The notes under the pieces were generated by a model. The model saw only the letters and a program-made list of their open reading frames with translations, was not told the DNA's origin and made no database searches. A stretch of DNA of 64,000 bases. Origin: Gracilinanus agilis (lineage: Eukaryota). Of the stretch, positions 26,401-38,400 are shown piece after piece; the stretch's first letter is position 1, and the number at the start of each line of letters is the position of its first letter. The position numbers and the translations under genes were made by a program. The stretch spans positions 92,022,595 to 92,086,594 of the forward strand of contig NC_058130.1 of the NCBI RefSeq assembly GCF_016433145.1, in the 5' to 3' direction.

Positions 26401-29400
26401 GCAAGACTGTAAACCCCTTTGTCCCATGAAAGGAGAGAAGTGAAGTCCTTTTCTGGGTCTTGAATTATACAGTGTTTTCAGTTTTATCTTACTTTTCTTT
26501 TCATTTATGGTATAATAGTCATGATTCGTATTGCTTTCCTGATTCTGATTATTTTTCCAAGCATTAGCATCATACAACTCTCTTCTTTTTTTTTTTTAAT
26601 TCCCCATATTGTTTTTCCAGGGTGATAGTATATTCCATTATATTTACCTACAACAGCGTGTTTGACTATTCTTTTCTCTGTGGGTGTCCATTTAGTTGCT
26701 ACTGTTAATATTTTTATAACTAGAGAGACTTTCTTTTTGTCATTCTTTTCAATGGAATGTGTGCTCTGTAGTGGAATCATTGGGTTGGAGGATAGGGATA
26801 GTTGAGTCACTTTTTTCATATAATTCTAGTTTGTTTTCCAACATGGATAGACTATCTCACATCCCCATCAACAGTGTTATTATACCTGACTTCTCAGAGC
26901 CCCTCCAGTGTTGATTATATCCATCTTTGCCATAAAGTGGGAACCTTAGAATTTTCATTTTCATTTTTCTTTTTATTAGTTATCTGGAGCTATCTTCCAC
27001 ACTCATATATTAATAGAACTAATAGATTGTGATTCTTCCCTTGGCCACTTATTTCTTGGGGACATTTGAAGATTTACAGAATGTTACCCCCCCCAACCCC
27101 CGACTGCTGTGAGAGGAGTACAAGAACTGGTATCTCATCTTTTTTGTCATAGCATCAAGATGGTTGCCCACAGTCACACAGAGCTCAGACTTCTGCCAGA
27201 TCTACTTAAGCTCTGGACAGGAGTTGATGAAATGGGTTTTTCCATTCTCTGCAGGTCCTCGCTGTGACCGCTGCTCTGCTGGCTATTTTGGGCGTCCTTG
27301 GCCAGAGGGAGTAGTAGGGGGGTCACTGTGCCGACCCTGCCAGTGCAACAACAACATCGATCCTAGTGATCCCATGGCCTGTGACCCCCATAGTGGGCAC
27401 TGTCAGCGCTGTTTACACCACACCCATGGGCCACACTGTTCACACTGCCAGCCTGGCTACTTTGGCAATGCCCTCCGACCACGAGGCTGCCGGCGTGAGT
27501 AGAGTTGATCTGGAGGGAGGCTCTTAGAGAGATGATGGGTGTCTTCCACCCCACCATCTCTGCCTGTGCCCTTCTGTCCCTGCCCCAGCTTTGACCTCCT
27601 TAGCCAAAGCTGAGTTCCTCTTTTAAGTCTTGACATTTCCCATTTCTTTTTACCCACTAGGCTGTAGCTGTGACCTACAAGGCACAGTGCCTTCCCGGTG
27701 CCTGCCTGGAAGTGGCATCTGCTTCTGTGATAGGCTCAGTGGGCACTGCCCCTGCCGCCCACATGTCCTAGGACGGCTCTGCGACCACTGCGCTCCCCAG
27801 TTCTGGAACCTGGGAGGGCCCCGGGGTTGTGAGCCCTGCACTTGTCATGCCCAGCACTCCCTGCAGCTCACCTGTCATCCAGTAAGGGAATACTTCAGGC
27901 TTGTCCATATATATGCACACATGCTCGAGTGGATGTTTGCATGTGACTGCCTGTCTGGGAGGCAGTGACTGTGTCTGTGGATGTGTTTGAGTGCTTGCCT
28001 GCATGGATGTGTGATTGGGTGGGTCCATGCTTGTATGTTCAACTATCTGTCTGCCTGCAGCTGTGTATATGGGTGACTGAGCAAGAGGGCCTGGGGAGAG
28101 GGAGGACACTGGGATGGCTGGGAGGACACAGGGGAGCAGTAGAGGTTTGAGAAGTCATGGCCAGATCATGGAGTACCTCAAATGTTAGAATATGGAGTTT
28201 GGACCAATAGTCCTAAAATCACAGCCAGCAAGACGTCCTGCATGTGTGGCAGTGAAAGTTGTGGGCATTTTGTCAGCATGGTGTAGTGTCAAGAATACAT
28301 GGTCTCTGGGGCTGCCAGGTGATTTAGTGGATGGAGTGCCAGACTTGATACTTAGTGTCAATTCTAAGACAGAAGGTAAGAGTTTAAAATAAAAGAATAC
28401 ATGAACTCCTGGGAATCAGGAGATTTGGTTTTAAATTTGGGCTTATTAACTCTGTGACCTAGTGTCTAGTGCCACCTGGGGAGCCATTATTTAAAGCTTG
28501 TTGAGCTTAGGCCTTAGTTTCTTCATATGTAAAAAAGATAATAATACTTGAACTTTCTGTGAATTAGAGTTTTAGTGGGACCCAGGATGTTGTTGTCAAG
28601 TTGTTCAGTTGTACCTGATTCCCTGTGACCCATTTGGGGGTTTTCTTGGCAAAGATAGTAGAGTGGTTTGCCATTTTCTTCTCTAGTTTTACATTCATTT
28701 TACAGATGAAGAAACTTTGACAGACTTGCCCAAAGTCACATAGCTAATAGATTTCTGAAGCCGTATTTGAACTCAGGAAGGTGAGTCTTCCTGACCCTAG
28801 GCCTGGCACTCTACTCACTGCACCATCTCACTGCCCTAGAACCTGGAATAAGAACTCTGAGCCCGAGTCCTGGCTCTGGCACTAGCCAGGTGTGTGATAG
28901 TAGACAAGTTACTTCTAGGCTATGTGGCACAGTGGAGATGAGCCCTGGATCCAGAGTCAGATGATCTAGGTCCCAACCCTTGCTTTGCTGAGTAGTACTT
29001 GTAGAACCAGGGGACTTCCCCTTTCTGGGCCTCTGTTTCCTTTTCTGTAAAATAAAGAGATTGTAATAGATAGTCTCAGGTTCTTTCTGTCCTCAAGTAG
29101 TTTCCATTCTACTTTAGTCACAGCTACCCTCTAAGATGAGCTATGCAAAAAAATTAAGCAGCATCCCCCCCCTTTCATAAAAAGAGCTAGAAGGACTTTA
29201 AGAGATAATTTAGGTTCATCCCCCTTCATCTTGCTGCTGAGGAATATTAAGACCCAGAGAAATGTGAGGACTGATTCACAATATTTCAGCCAGTGTGTGG
29301 AGGAGCCACAGTATGCTCCCAGGTGCCCCTCTGGGAGGATGAATGAACTCACTCATTCACAGCATGATATTGTGGACCAGATTGTGCCAGGCAGTAATGA

Positions 29401-32400
29401 TGACAGGGGAGGGGGAGTTCATAGAGAGAGAAATTTAGACCAAATGTCAGGGAAAATTTTCTTAATGAATGATGAAAACAGTCTCAGAATGGAATGGGCT
29501 GAATTCTCCATCATCACAGAAGTCTTCTACAGAAACTGGCTGCTAGCTTGTCAGATATGCTGTATGTATATTGAGGCCACTAGGTGGCACCATAGTGCAC
29601 AGAGCATCAGACCTGGGGTTGGGAGGACCCAAGACCAAATCCAGGCTCAGACACATAATTGGCTGTGTGACCCTAAGCAAGACACTCCATCCTGTTTGCC
29701 GTGGTTTCCTTTTGTAAAATGGGAGTAATAATAGCACCTACCTCCTAGGGTTGTTGTGAGTATCAAAAGGAAGTTAAAGTGCTTAGCACAGTGCCTGGCA
29801 CATAGTAATTAATTGCTATTTAAATGAATGTATAGATGATGTGTTTTATTTTAATAAAAATACTTTATTTTTGCCTATTATATGTAATAACAAATTTCCA
29901 CATAAGTTTTATGAAGTTAACATAAGTTTTATGAAGTTACATAATCCAAATCTTCTCCTCCCCGTCCCTGCGAGCTGGCACAATCAAAACAATTCGATCT
30001 GGGTTATACATCTTTTATCATGCAAANNNNNNNNNNNNNNNNNNNNNNNNNNNNNNNNNNNNNNNNNNNNNNNNNNNNNNNNNNNNNNNNNNNNNNNNNN
30101 NNNNNNNNNNNNNNNNNNNNNNNNNNNNNNNNNNNNNNNNNNNNNNNNNNNNNNNNNNNNAGATTCTTTGAAGGGCATAGGTGGGTTGGACTGCTAAAGG
30201 TCCTTTTTGTCTCTCAAATTCTGAGATGCTGGGATCATAGGCTCATAAGGGTTAGATCAAGAAAGGGCCTTAGCTTTTATATTATTGAATCTTCTAATTT
30301 TATAGAGAAGGGCCCTGAGTCCCAGAGAGGAGAAGTGATTTACATGGTTTGTATCAAAGCCAGGATCTGAATTAAGGAAAGTCTGGTTTAGGAGTGAGGA
30401 GACCCAAACATGTTTGTAGGCAGAGATAAAGGAGCCAGGGAAAGATTGAAGGTATATGAGAGTGAGTGAGGAGATCATCTATGACCTAAGAGATTGGTGG
30501 TGAACCTTTTAGAGACTGAGTACCCAAACTGTAACCCTCATGCAATATGTGAGCCTTTCTCCCACCCTACCTCCAGATGGGGAAGTGAGGAAATGCTTCC
30601 ATTGGGCTGCTGGGCAGAGGCTTGGGTGATGGGAGAAATGTCCTCAGGCTTGCATGTGGAGAGGGGGAGGGGAGCAGCCCCATCTGGCACACAAGCCATA
30701 GGTTTGCCAACATGGGCCTAAGGCCTTGGAGGAGATGGTGGGTAGAGATGAACTGAATTGTGAAGAAAGAGAGTAGCTTGGGGAAGGATCAGCCTTGGTC
30801 AGGAGAAGGGAGTTATAGGGAATAATCAAAAGACTGGATGAGAACTTTTGTGTATGTAGACTATGTCTCTGTCCTTCTAGGAGTCCTTGGTGAAGGGTTT
30901 CTTATAACTTGGACTGGGCTTTCCATTGGTCTCCTATCTCCACAGGTCACTGGTCAATGCCCATGCCAGGAAGGATTTGGAGGACGTACCTGCTCACAGT
31001 GCCAAGAAGGGTACTGGGGGGACCCAGAGAAGGAGTGCAGAGGTGAGGAGCAGTGTCTGCAGAGGGTGAGCTAAGGGTGAGAGGGACATTGGGGAGGCAG
31101 CTTGGTATGGTGGATAGAGTCTGGTTTTAGCAATAAAGGCCCTGGGTTTGAATCCCATTCTTGCTGTTTACTAGCTGTTGGCCTTGGACAACTCTCTTCT
31201 GAGTCTTTTATCTCATCTATAAAATAAAGAGGTTAGAGACTAGGTAGATCTGTAAGGACCTTCCGTCCTATAGTCCTAAGAAAAGCAAAGTATATGGGAG
31301 AAGGGTTGGATGAATTCAGGGACCAGGAAAATCAGTTACCCTTGCTGATCCCAACTTCTTTGTTTTTTCCCAGCCTGTGCCTGTGACCCTCAGGGCTCAG
31401 TCTCTCTGCATTGCCACCCTAGGACAGGGGTCTGCTCATGTCTCAATGGTATCTCAGGCCCTCAGTGCAAGGCCTGTGCCCGGGGTTCTCGGGGCAGTTT
31501 CCCCCACTGCCGGCCCTGCCCTACCTGCTTCTCTCACTGGGATAGCCGACTAGGTCTCCTCCAACAGCGGTTGGCCACATTGGCTCAGGGGAGGGATGCC
31601 CTGAGTGAGGCAGCCACTGACCGGAGCAGTGGGGGGCGGTTACTGTCCCTGGAGGCTGCCCTGGGACAGGTCCAAGGAATCTTGGTGTCCACCTACCCAC
31701 TGGTGGGGCCCTTGCAGCAGCTTTCAAAACAGCGGGATGGACTCAGGCAAGACAGCAACCTCAGTGGCTTGGAGAAGGACAGGGAGGGTCCAATTGGGGA
31801 ATTGGGTCCAGTCTATAGAGGCCATATCTTGAAGTCAAGTGTTCAACTTTGGCAACTTTTGGCAACTTCTGATGCCAAGGTTAGTCTGTCAGAGTCAAGA
31901 ATTAATCTTCATCCTTGAATGACTGTCCATTTTCTCTTTAGGAGGGAGGTATCCATGCTGAGTCGAGCACTTCGAGGGGTGGAGCGAAGTATGGCTATGA
32001 GTGGTCCCTGGGCTAGAGCTCAGCACGCCCGAATAGGCCAGCTGACACAAGAAATGGAACATCTTAATCACTTGGCCACCCAGCTCAGGGAGGCCCCTCG
32101 GGGAGCTCAGGGTATGGCCCAGAGGGAGGCTGGAGACACTTGTGGGGAGACTGTTGGTGAAGAAGCTGGTCCTCACATGCTGACCTGTTTCCCCAGATGC
32201 TGCTTCCCTGGTCTCCAAGGCTGTTCTCATCTCCCAGAAGTCCGAGTTTGGTATCATAGTCATGACTGCCCTGACAGACACAGAGAGTGCCCTGAGCCAA
32301 TCCCGTAATGTCCGGCACAGAACAGAGGGGCTGCTGCAAGAAATGAAGCCTCCCAGCAGAGCAGCTGTCTGGGGGGAGCAGCTCCAGGCACTTGTGAATG

Positions 32401-35400
32401 CCTCCTGGGCCCTGAGCCCCAGCCTGGCCCAGCTCAAGGTCAGAGCCTCTGGGACGGGAATGATAAGGATGTCTTATATTTGGGCTGGGGAGTTCTGGTG
32501 TCAAGAAAGATCTCTAGTGAAAAGAGATCTTGGGTGGGGTAAGGGGTAGGGTGGCACTCAGACATCACAGACAGGGTTTCTGGTTTAGAGGAGCCTGAAC
32601 TTAAGAGTCCTTTCCTTCCTACCTCTGCGATTTTGGGTGAGTTTCATCCCCTGTATTCTCATGGCCTAAGTTTCCTCCTCTATAAAATGACTAAGGTAAA
32701 CTAGATAGCCTCTCCATCCCCTTATAGTCTGGACATTCTGTGCTTGGGATTCTGTGACTGTGGGGCCAGGAATCTCTGGGATAACTGTGTCTTGCATTCC
32801 AGAGATACCGCTTTAGGCCCCTTGTATCTGTCCACAGGTCTGTGGGGGACCATGGGATGTGGGGAGGGCCTGTGCTCTCTCCCCCTGTGGGCCAGCCTCT
32901 TGTTCTGGAGCATTGCCCACTTCCTTGTGGGCGCTCAGGACGGCTCAAAACACATCCCATGCTTTGGGTACCACAAGTACCAGACTGGGGCGGCTACGTC
33001 GACGGGTAAGGAAGAACCACATTACGAGGCTAGAATTAGAAGTGTGGGAGAGATGGGCTGGGATGAGATTCTGCAGAGGAATGAGGGTAGAGCCAAGACA
33101 GTTAAGAAGGACCAGCCCCACTAATTGATCCCACTCCCCTAGCTACAACGGGTTGGGACCATGGCAGGGGCTGCCCACTCACAAGCTGAGGAAACACTGA
33201 GCCGAGCTCGAGCCACATGGCATGGGGCCAGCACTGCCTCCACGTTGGCCACTATCCAGAGGATCCGGGCCTTCCTCACAGGTAAGGATAAGGGTGAGGG
33301 GAATAAGATAATGTCCTCCCCTCCAGTCAGACCCTCAAGCAGGAGATTGAAGAGCTCTGACCTCAGGCTTAGCAGTCAAAGACATTTATCCTTTGCGATC
33401 AGGGTTCAGGCAGAGTCTAGGTCAGGAGTGAGGTTGGCAAGTCAGGGTTGTGGCAGGAGCTCCCAGGAAGTTAAAGGTTTGTGCCAGGGGTCACAGTTAG
33501 AGTGGGGAGAGGGCTCTGTCTCTCCTCATCCCCATGAAGGTGCAGATTTCCCTCACCCAGGAAAGCAGAATTTATGGTCATTTGGGGATGGGGGTGGGGT
33601 AAGGGGGTTGCTGAACTAAAAAGAATACTAGTTGAGTTCAGAAGACATGGATTTGAATCCTGTCCTCAGTACTTAGTAGTCATGTGACCTCAAATAAGTT
33701 GATTTCCATTTCTGAGCCTCAGTTTTCTTGTCTGTTAAATAGTTATTGTAATCTGCTATATATTCTCAGATATAGGTCATAGGGTTTAGATCTAGAAACA
33801 TCCTAGAGAACTTTATTCTGAGGAAAGTGTTTTGTAAACCTTAGAGCACTATAGAAATGGGAACTTTTGCTTATCTCATTTCCCTAGCCAACTAGGGGAT
33901 GCCATAGGGCCTGGAGTCAGGAAGACCTGAGTTCAAATTCACCCTCGCAGATTTACTAGCTGTGAGACTCTTGGCAAGTAACTTTACCTCAGTTCCTTGT
34001 TATAAAAATGGAGGTAATAAAAATACCTACCTCGAAGGGTTGTTGTGAAGATCAAATGAAATGTTTGTAAAGTGCTTAGCACATAGTAGGTGCTTTAAAA
34101 TGCCTGTTCTCTTCTCCTCTCCTTTTTCCTCTCCTCTCCCAATGAGGTTTAAGAATCAGAATCCATGTCAGTGGGCCTGATTTTAGTCCCCCGTCTTTCT
34201 CCTCCACTCCAGATGAGGGTGCAGACCCTGAGAGTGTAGAGCTGGTGGCCCAAAGGGTCCTGAAAATTCCTCTGCCTCAGGGGGGCCAGAGAGCTGTAGA
34301 ACAACTGTTGGAAGAGATCCGAGATGCCCTCCAAGTTCCAGATAGTATGGACTGGGCTCTGCCTTCAGCCCAGTACCTCCTTCAGCAAGCCCAATGGGCC
34401 AGGTAAGGACCTCCTCCCAGAGTTTAGAATATGGAGCTAGAAGGGAACTGAGAGATTATCTCTTCTCACTCTCACATTTTACAGAAAAAAAACCCAAAGC
34501 TTGGGATGGTTAAATGACTTTTCCCAGATCCCACAACATTCATTTAATGAGCATTTTTTAAAGTACTTATTGAGTGCCAGGCACTGTGATAGGTGCTCAG
34601 AATACAAAGAGAAGCAGGAGCATGACCCCTGCCCTCAAGGAGCTCCCATTCTAACAGGGGAGATGAGATACTTTCAGAGTATATGGAAGAGAATCTCAGA
34701 GGAGAAGGTGCTGGATGGGAATTGAGGAGAGAGCTCAGGAAAGGCTCTCCAGAGGGTAGAAGGGGATCTGAGGCTTCATGGAGGCAGTAGGCAGAAATGA
34801 GGAGGGAGAGCCTTCCAGGCATGGAAGACATCAAGCCAATGAAAAGGCACCCAGTCTCAGGGGCATAGTATATACTTAAGGGAGTAAGTGTTAGAGGACT
34901 GGAAAGGAGCCAGCTTGTGAAGGGGCTTTTATCTGTCAAACAGAAATCAATATTTGTGCCAGGTCTTGAAGCAGTGTTTTAGGACTCTGAATAGAGGTTG
35001 CTTTGCTTCCATAGAACATTAGGGATCACCAAATACAGAGCACTTGAGGGCATGGCTCTTTATTCCAAACACTTCCTCTTTTAGAGGAAGAAAATGATAT
35101 TGGAAAGAAAGAAGCAACTTACTCAAAATCATATGCCAGAGATGCTCCCATTTATCATGGGATTTGAAATGCAACACACCATCCACTATAGGTCACACTA
35201 TGCACTGCTAACAAAGCCCTTCCTGAGACCACTGAACACTGAGGGTGAGGGTCAGGGCCAACTGACGACCTCTGTACCTACAGGGAGGATGCAGGCAGAA
35301 CCCAGGAAAATGTGGTAAAGACCCAGAGAGTTCTAACTGAGGCCCAGAACAATGTAGGAAGAGCTGAGAAAGAGCTTCGGAAAACCAAGCAGACCCTGCG

Positions 35401-38400
35401 AAGCCTAGAGGTTCAGACACAGGAGGTGAGATCCCAGGGTGCTATCTTCCATAGGCCCCATATTGCCCAGAATCTCTAGATTGCCTCCAGATACCCCAAG
35501 CATTCAGCATCTTCCATTGCTCCAAGAAACCTTTACCCAAAGTCCATAGAACATTAGGGATCACCAGTTATAGAACAGTCATAGAAAGGCCTGTTCTTTT
35601 CTTGGTGCATGGATTTAGTATGAAACAGAACCTCCCATGACTTGTCAGAAGATATGACTAATATCTACTTCTGGTGATTCATATGGACATAAATGATATC
35701 ACCAGAAGGAACCTAGAAGTATTGCCAAAGATTACAAAGTCTTGGGCAAGAAAATGGAAACCAAACGGTCTCCACAAGTGGTATTTTTATCACTGCTACC
35801 TGCTGAAGGCAAGGGATGCAGGAGAGAACAGTTGATTAAGAAAATGATGCTTGTGAATGGAATTTGGATTTCTCTTGAAATAGAGGAACAACAGACCTCT
35901 GGACAGAGATGAAGCACACCTAACAAAAGTGGATAAGAGGGGGCAGCTAGGTGGCTCAGTGGATTGAGAGCCATGCCTAGAGGCAGGTTCAAATCTGGCC
36001 TCAAACACTTCCTAGCTGTGTGACCTTGGGCAAGTCACTTAACCCCCATTACCTAGCCGTTACTACTCTTCTGCCTTGGAACCATTGATTCTAAGATGGA
36101 AGGTAAGGGTTTAAAAAAAAAAAAGTAGGTAAAAATTTATTTGCCTGGTGTCATGCAAATCTAATCAGAAGGGCTTTAAACCAAAAATGATGGAAGAGGG
36201 AAAAACTTGCTGGCATATATTCAAGTTAAAGGCAATAGGAGTACCTAAATTGTAGGAAAAGAAATAGCAGTTTAAGATACCCTAAAGTCCACTGATGATA
36301 GAATCCAAGAGAAGAGCAAGTAGTAAATCACACAGACCTAAGTGACACAGATGCACAAAATGTAAGAAATAAGCAAATTAAACTAGAGGTTCTAACACAA
36401 GAAAATAATTTTGACCTCCTACTTCTCATTGAGACTTGGGATGAAGTCTGTGACTAAAAAAAAGATGCTGGATTGGTATTCCCCGTAGGAAAAAAACTGA
36501 GCAAGGTAAAACTGAGTAGTAGCATTGTATATTAAGAAGGCATTTTCCTGTGTGGTATTCAAGGAACCAGAAGATTTTGGCATTGGAATATACTACAGAT
36601 GATATGAGCAGGTTCCAGAAACAGATCACCATTCCACAACTAAAAGCAAAATATAGCAAGGAGGGGGGAGTCACCTGAATAGCTTTTGGCAGAAACTCTG
36701 CCTAAAGTAGAGCAGTTAGTATCTTCTTGACTTCTCTTTCCATCCTTCAAGAAGTGAAGAAACCAAGAAGGGGGGGGGGAATCTCTTCTGGATCTAATTC
36801 TCAATTACAAGGAAGAACTATGACTACTGGCTTTTAGAATTGGTGACTAAGAAGGACAGGAAACATTTCTTAGGTTTTTTCTTTTTTTTCTGAATTAAGA
36901 AAAAAACTCCTACCTTCCATCTTAAAACCAATACTTAGAATCAATATTGGCTCTAAGTCAGAAGAGTGGTGAAGGCTAGGCAATAAGTGTTAAATGACTT
37001 ACCCAGGTTCACATAGCTAGGAAGTATCTGAGGCCAGATTCGGACCCAGGATCTCCCTTCTCTAGGCCTGGGTTCTCAATTCACTGAACTATTTAGCTGT
37101 TCCCCCTAGATTTTCAGAAAGTAGATTTCAAAGGATTTAGAGGAAGGTTAGGTAGCATTTCATGGACTGAAATAAAATTCTATCTTGGAAGCAAGCCTGG
37201 GAGAGATGAGAGACTCTCAAGAATGAAATTCTGAAGAAACAAAAAGAAACCATTCTGACAAGGACGTAAAAGGGTAGTTGTTTGAAACGAACAAAGAAGA
37301 TACATAGAGAACATACTACCCAACATGGATTTTCAAAAGATAAGTATAAAAGACAGAAGCATGAGTAATAGGCATGGTTGGTAATAGGATAAATGCAAAC
37401 ACAGCAGAGTTCTGTGAAAATGGTGTCAATAGAGCTAAAGCTCAGAGTGAACAGAGAACTCTGAGGAAAGAGAAAGACCATTAATGAAAGAAAGGTGGGT
37501 TTTCAACAAATGAATTGGGGAAAGAAATCCAAGAAGCTAAAGCACTTGTGGGGTGGGACTAGAATGGTCATAATTGACCACTGAAAGAAGGCTGAGCTCA
37601 GCTCTCATCTGGTCTGTTTTCTATGCCAAACAAAACTTCCTGTGGACTGGAAAGGACAAGAAAGATGGCTGATGGGTAGTGGATAATCAGTCTAAGTAGA
37701 TAGTGGCTCTTGTTCATCAGTTAACAAGTATTAAAGTAAGTTGCAGAGCTACAAATTAAAAGAATACACATCCTCTTAAGGAGCTTACCTTCTACCATGG
37801 TGCAGACAACATGTAGATGTATATATAAATATGTACAGAATAAATACAAGGGAGCTGGTGAGGGAGGGCACTTCTAGTTGGGGAGAATAGGAAAGAGAGA
37901 GATTGAGGTTTTGAGATAAATGGGAGAAAGAGGAAACTTTCAGGTTGAGTCAAATGGCCTCGATTTCCTTAGAAGCTAAGTCTTAGAATTTGGAGGAGGG
38001 GAAGGTATGAGAGAGGAAACATAGGACTGGGGAAGGACAAATGTCCAGATTTTTGCAAAGGGAAGAGAATGGAGTATACAAACTGTAGACCAGTGAACTT
38101 GATATTAATTCCTGGGGAAATTCTAGAATGTATTATTAATGAAAGTTAATGAAAATCTAAATAAGAAATGGTGATCCAGGAATCTATATAACTGTATCAA
38201 AAATAAGTCATGCCAAACTAAGTTTATTTTTTTTTGGCAGGTTCACTAAACTGATAGATAAGGAGATTGTTATAGTTAAAGTTTATCAAGATTATCAAGT
38301 TAAAGATGATCAAGATAAAATATCTTATGTTCTTTTTACAGAAAAGATGGAGAGTTATATGTGTGAGACAGTATCATTAGCTGGATTTGGAATTTCATTA

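Noticed and set aside
29231-29728. 165-aa intronic ORF
   Set aside because: TTG start, overlaps MIR/L2-like repeat pieces, no homology signal
30027-30160. Hidden exon or lesion in the N gap
   Set aside because: Flanking exons 23 and 24 match consecutive LAMB2 exons in phase 0; the gap abuts an L1 fragment. Cannot be fully excluded
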